Positions 1 to 14,971 of a DNA stretch of 64,000 nt are shown piece after piece. Under the pieces are notes generated by a model. It did no database searches. It saw nothing but the letters and a program-made list of their open reading frames with translations, and was not told the origin of the DNA. The translations under genes were made by a program, and so were the position numbers. The DNA comes from an uncultured Acidobacteriota bacterium. Its GTDB lineage: Bacteria > Acidobacteriota > Thermoanaerobaculia > Multivoradales > SZUA-115. The DNA is taken from the NCBI GenBank assembly GCA_963805975.1, contig CAWDVR010000001.1, positions 512,001-576,000 of the forward strand, written 5' to 3'. How positions within the stretch are numbered: position 1 is the stretch's first letter; each line of letters starts with the position of its first letter.

Positions 1-732
1 TCGACCGACCAGGAAGAGGTGGCGCAGCTCGCGGCGCGCTACGACCTGCTGGCCATCCCGGTGGTCGACGTGACCAACAAGCTGGTGGGCATCGTCACCG
101 TCGACGACATCGTGGACGTGGTCAAGGAGGAGGCGACCGAAGACCTGTTCAAGATGGTGGGCTCCTCGGCCGACGAGCTGCTGTACCAGGACCGCTCGTG
201 GCGCGTGGCCGGCATCCGGCTGCCTTGGCTGCTGGTCAACCTGGTGGGCGGCCTGGTCACCGGCCTGCTCCTCGCCCGCTTCCAGATCGCCTTCCACGAA
301 GCCCTGTTCCTGCTCGCCTTCGTGCCGGTGATCATGGGCACCGGGGGCAACGGCGGCACGCAGACCTCGACCATCACCGTGCGCGGCCTCGCCACCGGCC
401 GGCTCGAGCTCGGCAAGGGCAGGATCCTGCCGTTCCTCTTCCAGCAGGTGAAGGTGGGGGCCTTCCTCGGCCTCGCCACCGGCGTGGTGGTGGGCTGCGT
501 GGCCGTGGCCCTGCGCTCGAACGTGTACTACGGCCTGGTGGTGGGCTCGGCGCTGTTCTGCGCCCTGATCCTGTCGTCGCTGAACGGCGCCCTCATCCCC
601 ATCCTGTTCCAGAAGATCGGCGTCGACCCGGCGATCGCGGCCGGCCCGCTGGTCACCACCTCGAGCGACATCACCGGCATCCTGGTCTACTTCGCGCTCG
701 CCGGCCTGATGATCGATCACCTGATCCACTAG
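1..732 (+). CDS. mgtE: Magnesium transporter MgtE (5' truncated by window edge)
   Basis: CBS tail (YDLLAIPVVD..LVGIVTVDD) followed by MgtE membrane domain (RLPWL, MGTGGNGGTQ, DPAIAAGPLVTT..D); frame open to base 1. Confidence 0.92.
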   Translation, partial: STDQEEVAQLAARYDLLAIPVVDVTNKLVGIVTVDDIVDVVKEEATEDLFKMVGSSADELLYQDRSWRVAGIRLPWLLVNLVGGLVTGLLLARFQIAFHEALFLLAFVPVIMGTGGNGGTQTSTITVRGLATGRLELGKGRILPFLFQQVKVGAFLGLATGVVVGCVAVALRSNVYYGLVVGSALFCALILSSLNGALIPILFQKIGVDPAIAAGPLVTTSSDITGILVYFALAGLMIDHLIH

Positions 733-753
733 GGTCGGGTCACCGGGCCGCCG

Positions 754-1518
754 TTGCGCACCGTCGCCGCCCCCGCGCTCCTGCTCGACGTCTTCGACCT
801 CCACGACCGCGACCGGGTGGTCACCTTCCTGACCGCCGAGCACGGCAAGAAGCGAGGGGTTGCACGGGGCGCGCGCCGCAAGTACAGTCGCTTCTCCGGC
901 CGCCTGCAACCCCTGTCCAAGGTGCGCATCGCCTGGTTCGAGAAGGACGGCCGGGACCTGGTGCGGATCGAGGACGCGGACCTGCTGCGGCCCGCCACCC
1001 GCTTTCAATCGACGCTGGAGGGGATCCTGCTGTCTGCCGTCATGGCCGATCACATGCTCGAGTTCGCCCAGGAGAACGAGGCCAGCGGCCCGTTCTTCCG
1101 GCTGCTCGACTCGAGCCTCGCAGCGCTCGAGGAAGGCGCCGCGCTGAACCTCGCGGCGCGCTACTACGAGACCTGGGTGCTGCGCCTGGCGGGGATCTTC
1201 CCGGCGCCGCGGGAGTGCCCGCTCTGCGGGCGCGAGCTCTCGGCCGAGGAGCCTGCCGCCCTGGCCGCCGCCGGTGACGCGCTGGTCTGCACGCGCTGCG
1301 CCGGCTCCGGGGCCGAACGGGTGAGCGCGATGGCGCTCACCTTCCTGCGCCGCTCGGCCCGCGAGAGCCTGCCGGCGATTGCCGCGACGCCTCCCTCCCG
1401 CGAGGCGCTCGCCGAGGTCGAGCAGGTCGCCGGCAAGGTGCGCCGCGCCTTCCTCGGCCACGAGCTCAAGAGCTACCAGGTGCTGCGGCAGACGCTGGGC
1501 ACGACCGCCTTGCCGTAG
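754..1518 (+). CDS. recO: DNA repair protein RecO
   Basis: N-terminal OB-fold ([29 protein letters not shown]), zinc-finger CPLC..CTRC; directly upstream of glyQ. Confidence 0.9.
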   Translation: MRTVAAPALLLDVFDLHDRDRVVTFLTAEHGKKRGVARGARRKYSRFSGRLQPLSKVRIAWFEKDGRDLVRIEDADLLRPATRFQSTLEGILLSAVMADHMLEFAQENEASGPFFRLLDSSLAALEEGAALNLAARYYETWVLRLAGIFPAPRECPLCGRELSAEEPAALAAAGDALVCTRCAGSGAERVSAMALTFLRRSARESLPAIAATPPSREALAEVEQVAGKVRRAFLGHELKSYQVLRQTLGTTALP

Positions 1519-1537
1519 AGCCAACTCCGAGGACCCC

Positions 1538-2456
<919 letters not shown>

Positions 2457-2464
<8 letters not shown>

Positions 2465-4580
2465 GCCGCCGGCACAGAAGACGGGCGGCGAGCTGCTGCT
2501 CGAGGTGAGGGCCGAGGAGATCCCGGCGCGGATGCTGGAGCCGGCGGTCAAGGAGCTCGCGACCCGGCTCTTCGAGGAGCTGGTGGCGAGGAGCCTGGCG
2601 CCCCGGGAGGTCGAGACCGGCTTCACGCCGCGGCGCCTGCTGTTGGTGCTCCAGGGCCTGCCGGAGCGCGAGCCGGACAGCGAGGAGCGGCTGGTGGGCC
2701 CGCCGGTGCGCGCGGCCTTCGCGGCCGACGGCTCGCCCACGCCGGCCCTCACCGGCTTCGCGCGCCGCTGCGGCGTCGAGCCCGAAGCGCTGGAACGGAT
2801 CTCGACCGAGAAGGGGGAGTACCTCTCCTACCGGCAGAAGAAGACGGGCCAGGCCATGGCCGAGGTGCTGGCCGAGGTGGTGCCCAGGCTCCTGGCCGGC
2901 CTCTCGTGGCCCAAGAGCATGGTCTGGGGCGACGGCCACGGCCCGTGGGCGCGGCCGGTGCACGGCCTGGTGGCGCTGCTCGACGGCGAGGTGGTGCCGA
3001 TGACCCTCTTCGGCGTCGCCTCCGGGCGGACGACGGTGGGCCACCCGGTGCTCTCGCCGGAACCGTTCGAGGTGACGAGCGCCGCCGACTATCGCTCCCA
3101 GCTCGCCTCCCGCGGCGTGGTGCCCTCGCCCGGTAAGCGTCGCGAGGCGCTCCTCGAAGCGATGAGCGGTGCCGCGTCCGCGCTCGGCGGCACCCTGGTG
3201 GAGGACCCGCCGCTGCTCTCCAAGCTGGCGGCGATCTGCGAGATCCCCGGCCTCATCCACGGCAGCTTCGACGAGGCCTTCCTCGAGCTGCCGCGCGAGG
3301 TGCTGGTCACCAGCCTGCGGGACCACCAGAGCGCCTTCACGGTGGAGAAGGACGGCGCGCTCCTGCCGGCCTTCCTGACGGTGATGGACCGGCCGGACGA
3401 CCCCATCGGCCGGGTGCGCGGCGGCAACGAGTGGGTGGTGGCGGCCCGCCTCGCCGATGCGCGTTTCTTCTTCCACGAGGACGGCAAGCGGACCCTTCTC
3501 GAGCGGCAGCCGGCCCTCGAGCACCTGAGCTTCCACGCCGCGCTGGGCAGCTACGCGGCCAAGGGCGAGCGCGTGGAGCGGCTCGCCGCGCGGCTCTGCG
3601 AGACCCTCGGCTGGGAGGATCTCGTCCCCGCCGCCCGCGAAGCGGCGCGCCTTCTCAAGGTGGACCTGACGACCGAGATGGTCAAGGAGTTCACCTCGCT
3701 CCAGGGCGTGATGGGCGGCCTCTACGCGCGCGCCCAGGGGCACGGCGAAGACGTCTGGCAGGCGATCTACGACCAGTATCTCCCGGCCTCGATGGAGGAT
3801 TCGCTGCCGCGCGGCCCGGTGGGGCAGGCGGTGGCGCTCGCCGACCGTCTCGACACCCTGGTCGGCATGTTCGGCCTGGGGCTGGTGCCCTCCGGCAGCC
3901 GCGACCCCTTCGGCCTGCGGCGCGCTGCCCAGGGCGCGGTCCGCATCTGCCTGGAAAAGGAGCTGCCGCTCAACCTCGGAGCCGCCCTGCAAGAGGCCGC
4001 GGCGCTCTACGAGGGCAAGACCAAAGTGCCGGCGGAGAAGCTAGCCTCGACGCTGCGCTCGTTCCTGGACGACCGCATCCGCTACGTACTCGGCACCGAA
4101 GGCTACGCCTACGACGAGATCGAGGCCGCGCTCGCCGCGGGTGGAAAGGATCTGCCGGACCTGAAGCGCCGCGTGGACGCGCTCCACAAGGTGCGCGAGA
4201 GCAAGGACTTCCTCTCGCTGGTGCTGGCGGCGAAGCGCATTGCCAACATCGTGAAGGACGCGCCACAGGGTCTCGTCGAGGAGAGCGCGCTCCGCGAGCC
4301 GGCGGAGCAAGCGCTCCACGCCGCCCTCCTCGCCGCCGCGGCGGAGGTGGAGGCCGCCGCCGCGGCCGGCGACTACGAGCGCTCGCTGGCGGGAGCGGCC
4401 GGTTTGGCGGGGGACCTCGACCGCTTCTTCGTCGAGGTGATGGTGATGGTGGAGGACGAGGCGCTGCGTAGGAACCGGATCGCGCTCCTCCAGGCGGTGG
4501 AGCGCGTGGCCAACGGCACCGCGAAGCTGACCGAGATGGTGGTCGACCGCGCCGAGCATCGCGCAAAGCACGGATCGTAG
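2457..4580 (+). CDS. glyS: Glycine--tRNA ligase beta subunit
   Basis: [47 protein letters not shown]; overlaps glyQ end. Confidence 0.96.
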
Positions 4581-4605
4581 TTTCTAGGACCTGTAGGGGA
4601 GACTC

Positions 4606-7332
<2,727 letters not shown>

Positions 7333-7365
7333 AGCTGCTAGGCTCAGGGCCGAGGATCTAGGACG

Positions 7366-7785
7366 ATGGGAGTCGTCGAGGAAGTAGCGACCCGCGTGGC
7401 ACCGGTAGCCGCTGCTCACCCGGAGGTTCTCGGCCTCTACCTCTTCGGGTCCCACGTTCGAGGCGACGCGCACCCCTCCTCGGACGTGGACCTCGGCGCG
7501 TTGCTCAGCCGCAAGCCCGACCTACAACATCTGGTGCGGCTGGAGAACGAGCTCGAGGAAGCCGTTGGGCGCAAGGTCGATCTCGTCGACGCGGGCTCAT
7601 GCGGCCCGTTCCTGGCGCTGGACATCATCCGGGGCGAGCGGATCTACGAAGGCGACGGCCTGGCCTGCGACGAGTTCGATCTCTACGTGATGCGGCGGGC
7701 CGGCGACTTGTGGCCTTTCGAGCAAGAGCGGCGCAGGATGCTGCTCGATCCCCGTCGGCAGCCGAGCGCAAGGAGCGGTGCTTGA
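7366..7785 (+). CDS. mntA: Minimal nucleotidyltransferase, MntA-type antitoxin
   Basis: GS-x10-DxD motif (GSHVRGDAHPSSDVD), 139 aa, stop overlaps start of HEPN gene. Confidence 0.82.
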   Translation: MGVVEEVATRVAPVAAAHPEVLGLYLFGSHVRGDAHPSSDVDLGALLSRKPDLQHLVRLENELEEAVGRKVDLVDAGSCGPFLALDIIRGERIYEGDGLACDEFDLYVMRRAGDLWPFEQERRRMLLDPRRQPSARSGA

Positions 7786-8240
7786 CGCGAGGCCACGTCC
7801 GCGAAGTGATCGTCTCTGCCAAGGTGGAGCTGATCGACCAGATGCTGGCCCGAATCGAGAGCTTGCCCTTGCAGAGCCTCGAGGCCTTCGTTGGCGATGT
7901 CAACTTGCCGGCGGCCGGGGAGTCCTACCTGCGGCGGGCACTCGAGGCGTTGCTGGATCTGGCTCGCCACGTGCTGGCGAAGGGATTCGGCGTCCCGGCG
8001 GCGGAGTACAAGGAGATTCCGAGGAAGCTCGGAGAGCTCGGTGTCCTCGAAGCCGGCGCCACCGCGCTGCTCACCGAGATGGCCGGCTACCGCAACCGGC
8101 TGGTCCACTTCTACGACGAGGTCAAGGTCGAGGAGCTTTTCCACATCCTCTCGGAGAAGAAGGGCGATGTCCGTAGTGTCCTAACGGAGCTCCTGGAGTG
8201 GATGGACGAGCACCCCGAGCGTGTGGAACGGTCGCCATGA
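7782..8240 (+). CDS. hepT: HEPN/DUF86 ribonuclease toxin (HepT-type)
   Basis: R-x4-H-x-Y motif (RNRLVHFY); TTG start at 7782 overlapping the upstream TGA, with AGGAG at 7771. Confidence 0.82.
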   Translation: MTRGHVREVIVSAKVELIDQMLARIESLPLQSLEAFVGDVNLPAAGESYLRRALEALLDLARHVLAKGFGVPAAEYKEIPRKLGELGVLEAGATALLTEMAGYRNRLVHFYDEVKVEELFHILSEKKGDVRSVLTELLEWMDEHPERVERSP

Positions 8241-8256
8241 CTAGATCTGACAACCC

Positions 8257-8874
8257 ATGAGCTCCTTTTCCTCGAGCGAATTGCAGGTTCTCCGCAAACT
8301 GAAGACCCCCGCCCAGGTCCAGGCTTTCCTCGACGGCCTCGAGTACAGCGCCGACCACTTCTATCGCTCGCCGCGCGCCGTGATGCGCGACGGCAAGGCG
8401 CACTGTGCGGACGGCGCGCTGTTCGGGGCCGCGGCCCTGCGGCGGTTGGGGCACCGGCCGCTGATCCTCAACCTGCTGCCCAACGGGCGCGACGACGAGC
8501 ACCTGCTGGCCATCTTTAGCATCGAGGGCCTGTGGGGCGCGGTCTCGAAGTCGAACTTCTCCGGCCTGCGCTTCCGCGAGCCCGTGTACCGGACGCTCCG
8601 AGAGCTGGCCATGTCCTACTTCGAGAGCTACTACAACGTGGCCCGGGAGAAGACCCTGCGCGGCTACCGCGCACCGCTCGACCTCGCCCGCTTCGATCAC
8701 CTCGACTGGGAGACCTCCGAAGAGCACCTCGAAGAGGTCATCAACCAGACCGACACCAAGCGCCGCTTCGACCTCGTGCCCAAGCGAATCGAGCGCCGCC
8801 TGACTTTGGTCGATGTCCGCTCCTACGAGGCGGGGTTGATGGGCGCGAACTACGCGGGACTCTTCAAACCCTAG
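8257..8874 (+). CDS. Conserved hypothetical protein, possible transglutaminase/papain-like Cys-His enzyme
   Basis: 205 aa ORF with coding-like composition; AHCADGALF and DDEHLLA motifs. Confidence 0.55.
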   Translation: MSSFSSSELQVLRKLKTPAQVQAFLDGLEYSADHFYRSPRAVMRDGKAHCADGALFGAAALRRLGHRPLILNLLPNGRDDEHLLAIFSIEGLWGAVSKSNFSGLRFREPVYRTLRELAMSYFESYYNVAREKTLRGYRAPLDLARFDHLDWETSEEHLEEVINQTDTKRRFDLVPKRIERRLTLVDVRSYEAGLMGANYAGLFKP

Positions 8875-8884
8875 CGGAATGGCA

Positions 8885-8923
8885 AGGCCGGCGTTTCTCC
8901 GCTCGCGGGAGTCGCGCCGGCCT
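8885..8923. terminator. GC-rich hairpin between convergent genes (possible bidirectional terminator)
   Basis: AGGCCGGCG..CGCCGGCCT arms with inner stem, no clear U-tract. Confidence 0.4.
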
Positions 8924-8951
8924 CGTGATGCGGGTCCCAGGGCTCACCTAC

Positions 8952-10883
8952 CTACGGGCAGATCCTCCAACTTCCGCTGAAGGTACCGAGCACCGGGAAG
9001 GCGGGGTCGTCGCGGAAGTTGCCGGAGGCCTTGCCCACCGGGGCGGCGGCGAAGGGCGAGGTGTAGATGTAGGCGCCCCAGGCGCCGTGGGTGGGCGAGA
9101 GCGTGTAGCTCCAGGAGCCGCGGAGGATGTAGTCCGGGTCCGGAGCGAGGCCGTCGGAGAGGCTGCCGGACATCCGGCCGCTCACCGAGTTGCTGCCGTG
9201 GAACTTGTAGATGCCGACTCCCAGCGGATCGAAGAACGTGCCGCTGATCGTGCCGTTGATGGTCGAGGTCCCCTGGTTCCACTGGCCGCTGGTGGTGCCG
9301 GTGCGGCAGAAGTAGCAGCCGCCGGTGTCGAAGGCGGAGCAGTCGGCCGCGCAGCCCAGCGTGCCGCCGTCGAAGCCGTGGTCGATGCAGGTCTCGCCGC
9401 CCAGGTCCGGGGCGTCGCAGACCTCGAAGGGATCGATCGTCCCGTTGCCGCACTGCGAGACCATGCCGGTCGAGCAGCCGAAGGAGACCACCTGCAGCGT
9501 GTGCTCGGTGCCGGTGAAGCCTTCGTTGGTGGCGAACTGGTCGTCCCGGAAGTCGACGTCGATGTCGTCCGCCGAGCCGAAGATGCCGTCCGGGCCGACG
9601 CCGATGGTGTTGGTCATGCTGCCGCCCGAGTCCATGATGCAGGGGAAGGCGTTGAGCCGGTTGGTGTGCCAGTTGCCGAGGTAGTGGCCGGCCTCGTGCG
9701 CCGTGATGTTGCCCACGCCGACGCCGATCAGGTCGAGGATCGAGACCCCCGGCGCGCGCGGGATGGTGTTGAGCGAGTTGGGGTTGGGGGCCGCAGCCGA
9801 GAGCAGGTCGAGGAGGATGACCGCGGTCTCACCGGCCTCGTAGTTGCCGGGGTCGATCGACTCGGCGATGCCGATCGTCGAGATGCCGAGCTGGCCGATG
9901 GTGCCGCCGACGATCAGCCGGCTGACGTTCGGCTGGCCGAAGGGGTCGGCGTGGTCGCGGCTGTTCAGGATCTCGACGTCGAACTGGCCGTGGATGCCGG
10001 TGGCCTCGAAGTCGCCGTTGTTGCCCAGCGCCTTGACGTCGGCGTCCACGTTCTCTGCCACCACGGCGAGGATCTCGTCGATCACCGCGTTCTCGTCGGA
10101 CGGCGTCAGGCCCCAGCCGGCGAGGAAGGCGGAGAGCGGGGAGAGGTTGGCGTTGGTGCTGCCCTGGCCGAAGATCGCCGCGGCGTTGATGGTGGCGCCG
10201 TCGAAGTCCACGAACAGGGTCTGGTGGGTGCCCAGGACCTCGTCCTCGAGGCCGGTACGGAAGAGGCGGAGCTCGGCGGTGTAGGCGCCGGTGCCGCCGG
10301 AGACGCGGAAGGCGTAGGTGCCCGCCGTGTCCACTACCCAGGCGAACGCGCGGCCGCCGCCGCCCGGCAGCGGCGAGGCCACGGGGTAGATGAAAGTGTT
10401 GTCCGCGGCAGTGCCGATCTGCAGCACGCCCGCGGGGTTCAGGAGCTGGAGCAGGGTGCCGGCGCCGATCCGGTTGGCGCCCAGCACGTCGCCGGGCAGC
10501 AGGTCGACGGTGAAGAAGTCGATGTCGCCGGCGGTCAGCGAGCCGGAGATGTCGAAGGCGCTGTCCTCACCGGGATCGAACCCCAGGCCCATGAAGTTGG
10601 CGGTGGCCTGCGTGTTGTTGGGCTCGGTCTCGCTGAACGGCGTCAGGAGGGTGATCGGCAGTTGCGCAGGCACCGGGCGCTGGCGGGTGGGGAGAACGCA
10701 GAAGCTCTCCAGCCGGCCCGAGGGGGGGCCTCCCAGACCGGGCGGTTGGGCAGGGTTGGGCTTGCCTCCCTGCGGGAAGGCGGGGGTGGCCCACCCCCAG
10801 GTGAGGACCACGGCCGAGGCGAGCAGGCGAGCGGCCCGCGAGCGGCGCAGGAAATGGGTGAGGCTGCCAGAGCGGTGGAGCAT
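8952..10883 (-). CDS. Secreted metzincin-type zinc metalloprotease with PPC domain and Cys-rich repeat
   Basis: Signal-peptide-like N-terminus; ETEPNNT..DIDFF PPC-like domain; HEAGHYLGNWH zinc motif followed by Met-turn candidate (CIMD); CGNGTIDPFEVCD cysteine-rich repeat. Confidence 0.72.
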   Translation of the reverse strand: MLHRSGSLTHFLRRSRAARLLASAVVLTWGWATPAFPQGGKPNPAQPPGLGGPPSGRLESFCVLPTRQRPVPAQLPITLLTPFSETEPNNTQATANFMGLGFDPGEDSAFDISGSLTAGDIDFFTVDLLPGDVLGANRIGAGTLLQLLNPAGVLQIGTAADNTFIYPVASPLPGGGGRAFAWVVDTAGTYAFRVSGGTGAYTAELRLFRTGLEDEVLGTHQTLFVDFDGATINAAAIFGQGSTNANLSPLSAFLAGWGLTPSDENAVIDEILAVVAENVDADVKALGNNGDFEATGIHGQFDVEILNSRDHADPFGQPNVSRLIVGGTIGQLGISTIGIAESIDPGNYEAGETAVILLDLLSAAAPNPNSLNTIPRAPGVSILDLIGVGVGNITAHEAGHYLGNWHTNRLNAFPCIMDSGGSMTNTIGVGPDGIFGSADDIDVDFRDDQFATNEGFTGTEHTLQVVSFGCSTGMVSQCGNGTIDPFEVCDAPDLGGETCIDHGFDGGTLGCAADCSAFDTGGCYFCRTGTTSGQWNQGTSTINGTISGTFFDPLGVGIYKFHGSNSVSGRMSGSLSDGLAPDPDYILRGSWSYTLSPTHGAWGAYIYTSPFAAAPVGKASGNFRDDPAFPVLGTFSGSWRICP

Positions 10884-10974
10884 CGGACCTCCTTTGGATG
10901 GAAGGTTGCAAGTCTGTCTATGGAGGAGTGAGGTCGAGGGCCGATTTCCCCCGCCGCGCGTCTACAATCCGCCG

Positions 10975-12840
10975 ATGGCTTCCATCCGCCTCCTGCCCGA
11001 TTCCCTGGTCAGCCAGATCGCGGCCGGCGAAGTCGTGGAGCGCCCGGCCTCGGTGGTCAAGGAGCTGGTGGAGAACGCCCTCGACGCGGGCGCCACGAGC
11101 ATCAAGGTGGAGCTCGAGGCCGGGGGCAAGAGCCGCATCGCGGTGGCGGACGACGGCTGCGGCCTGGGCAGCGACGACGCCCTCCTCGCCTTCGACCGCC
11201 ACGCGACGAGCAAGATCACCACCTTCGACGACCTCGAGCGGGTGGCGACCCTGGGCTTCCGCGGTGAGGCCCTGGCGACCATCGCCGCGGTGGCCCGGGT
11301 CGAGATGGTGACCGCGCCGGAGGCTGGCGCCGGCCATCGGGTGCGCATCGAGGGCGGCAAGGTGCGGCTGGCCGAGCCCGCGGCGCGCTCGCGGGGCACG
11401 ACGATCGAGGTGGCGTCGCTCTTCTTCAACGTGCCGGCGCGCCGCAAGTTCCTGAAGGCACCGGCGACCGAGCTGCGGCGCTGCCTCGAGGTGGTGCAGG
11501 GCTATGCGCTGGCGCGGCCGGACGTGTCTTTCACCGTGCTGCACGAGGGCCGGGCCCTGCTCGAGGCGCCGCCGGCGGGAGCCGCCGGGGCCACCGGCAC
11601 CGAGGGCGGCCGCCAGCGCATCGGGCAGATCTTCGGCAATGCCTTTGCCGCCGGGCTGGCGGCGATTCAGAGCGATGGCCGGGCTGCCATGGGGGAGCGG
11701 ATCGCCGGCTTCGTGGGCTCTCCCGAGACGGCGAGGAGCCGCCGCCTCTTCCTCTTCGTCAACCGCCGCATGGTGCGGGACCGCGCCCTCTCGGGCGCCT
11801 TCTACCGCGCTGTGCGCGAGGAGTGGAGGAGCGACGAGATCCCGGCCCTGTTCCTCTTCCTGGACCTGCCGCCGGAGGAGGTGGACGTCAACGTCCATCC
11901 GCAGAAGACCGAGGTGCGCTACCGCGACCCGGCCTTGCCGGAGCGCGTCCTGATGGCGTTGCGGCAGGCGCTCTCGACGGCCCTGGGCGACAGCCCGGCC
12001 CCGCTCAAGTCTGCGTCCGGCCCCATCTCGCATCCCCTCGGCTGGCAGGGCCTGGGTGCGCGGCGGCCGGAGTCTTACCCCACGGGCTCGGCAGAGCCTG
12101 CCTGGGAGGTCCGGGAGCCGCCGGCACCGGCCTACGACACCGGAGCGCCCGCGGGCTCGTACCCGCCCCCGCGCCTCGCTACGGCTTCGATCGCTCCCCT
12201 CGACCGTCCCGCGCTGCCGATCCTGGTTACTCCGCTCGGCGGCCGCTCGGGCGAGGCGCGGCCGTTCCGCCTCCTCGGCCAGTACAAGGGCACGCTGATC
12301 CTGCTCGAAGGGCCGGACGGGCTCTATCTCATCGATCAGCACGTGGCCCACGAGCGCATCCTCTACGAGCGCCTCAAGCGGGTGATGGAGCGCGAGCGGC
12401 CGGCCAGCCAGGGCCTGCTCCACCCCATCCTGCTCGAGCTGGCCGCCGCCGAGCGGCTGCGCCTCGCCGAGCTGGCGCCGCAGCTCGAGCCGCTGGGTTT
12501 CGGCCTGGCCGAGCTTTCCGGCGACACCCTGGCCTTGACCGCGGTGCCGGCCGTGCTCTCGGCCGAGGAGGGCGAGAAGCTGGTGGCGGCGCTCGCCGCC
12601 GGCGGCCTCGAGGAGCGCGAGAGCCCGGCCGCGGTGCGGCGCGGCATCCTCGACGCCCTGGCCGCGAGCCTCGCCTGCAAGGCCGCGGTCAAGATGCACC
12701 ATCCGCTGCGCCCGCAAGAGATGGAGGCGCTGGTGGGGGAGCTGTTCGCCGCCGAGCAGCCCTACGCCTGCCCGCACGGCCGGCCGATCGTGCTCAAGCT
12801 CGGGGACGGCGATCTCGAGCGGCGGTTTGGGCGGCGATAG
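10975..12840 (+). CDS. mutL: DNA mismatch repair endonuclease MutL
   Basis: QIAAGEVVERPASVVKELVENALDAG, GFRGEAL, DQHVAHER endonuclease motif, ACK, CPHGRP; ATG 10975. Confidence 0.97.
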   Translation: MASIRLLPDSLVSQIAAGEVVERPASVVKELVENALDAGATSIKVELEAGGKSRIAVADDGCGLGSDDALLAFDRHATSKITTFDDLERVATLGFRGEALATIAAVARVEMVTAPEAGAGHRVRIEGGKVRLAEPAARSRGTTIEVASLFFNVPARRKFLKAPATELRRCLEVVQGYALARPDVSFTVLHEGRALLEAPPAGAAGATGTEGGRQRIGQIFGNAFAAGLAAIQSDGRAAMGERIAGFVGSPETARSRRLFLFVNRRMVRDRALSGAFYRAVREEWRSDEIPALFLFLDLPPEEVDVNVHPQKTEVRYRDPALPERVLMALRQALSTALGDSPAPLKSASGPISHPLGWQGLGARRPESYPTGSAEPAWEVREPPAPAYDTGAPAGSYPPPRLATASIAPLDRPALPILVTPLGGRSGEARPFRLLGQYKGTLILLEGPDGLYLIDQHVAHERILYERLKRVMERERPASQGLLHPILLELAAAERLRLAELAPQLEPLGFGLAELSGDTLALTAVPAVLSAEEGEKLVAALAAGGLEERESPAAVRRGILDALAASLACKAAVKMHHPLRPQEMEALVGELFAAEQPYACPHGRPIVLKLGDGDLERRFGRR

Positions 12841-12855
12841 GAGAAAATCAGCGCC

Positions 12856-13560
12856 GTGTTGAGCTTCTTTCGCTCCGCGACCCCGCTCGAAGAGCGCCTC
12901 GGGCACCGCTTCCGGCGCCCGGAGCTGTTGACGCTGGCGCTCACCCACCGTTCGTACGCCAACGAGCAGGATCTGCCGGGCAACTCGGAGCGGCTCGAGT
13001 TCCTGGGGGATGCCGTGCTCGGAGCGATGACCGCCGAGTGGTTGTTCGAGCGCCACCCCGAGCTGCCGGAGGGCGAGCTCTCGAAGGCGAAGAGCGTGCT
13101 GGTGTCCGAACGTTCGCTCGCCGGCCACGCGGTGGCGCTCGAGCTGGGCCGGGAGCTGCGCCTGGGGGTGGGGGAGGAGCGCTCCGGAGGCCGCGAGAAG
13201 CCGTCGCTCCTGGCGGACGCGCTGGAGGCGGTGTTCGGCGCCCTGTGGCTCGACGGCGGCCTCGATGCCGCGCGGCTGGCGGTGCGCCGGTTCCTCGACG
13301 GCACCGTGGCGGCCCGCGGAGATGCCGAGGAGGGCGACGCCAAGACTCGCCTGCAGGAGGTCTTGCAGAGCCGCGGCCTGGAGCGGCCTTCCTACCAGGT
13401 GGTGGCGGAGGAAGGGCCCGACCACCAGAAGAGCTTCGAGGTCGAGTGCCTGGTGGAGGGCGAGGTCGCCGGCCGCGGCAGCGGCCGGAGCAAGAAGGCC
13501 GCGGAACAAAAAGCCGCCGCCGCCGCGTTGAGGGAGCTGGGGAGAAGCCCCTCACCCTAA
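12856..13560 (+). CDS. rnc: Ribonuclease III
   Basis: ALTHRSY, ERLEFLGDAVLG signature, C-terminal dsRBD (KTRLQE..GRSKKAAEQKAA). Confidence 0.96.
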   Translation: MLSFFRSATPLEERLGHRFRRPELLTLALTHRSYANEQDLPGNSERLEFLGDAVLGAMTAEWLFERHPELPEGELSKAKSVLVSERSLAGHAVALELGRELRLGVGEERSGGREKPSLLADALEAVFGALWLDGGLDAARLAVRRFLDGTVAARGDAEEGDAKTRLQEVLQSRGLERPSYQVVAEEGPDHQKSFEVECLVEGEVAGRGSGRSKKAAEQKAAAAALRELGRSPSP

Positions 13561-13600
13561 CCCTCTCCCCGCAAGCGGGGAGAGGGGCTGGGGTGAGGGG
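13548..13600. repeat. REP-like palindrome, family A (CCCTCACCCTAACCCTCTCCCCGCAAGCGGGGAGAGGG)
   Basis: Hairpin CCCTCTCCCCGC-AA-GCGGGGAGAGGG; near-identical copies at 47597-47701; supplies the rnc TAA stop. Confidence 0.75.
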
Positions 13601-13657
13601 CGTTACTACGCGGGTTTGACCTCCTGCGGAGCGGCCACTAAGATCTGCGACTTCATC

Positions 13658-14962
<1,305 letters not shown>

Positions 14963-14971
14963 GCAGTCTCG

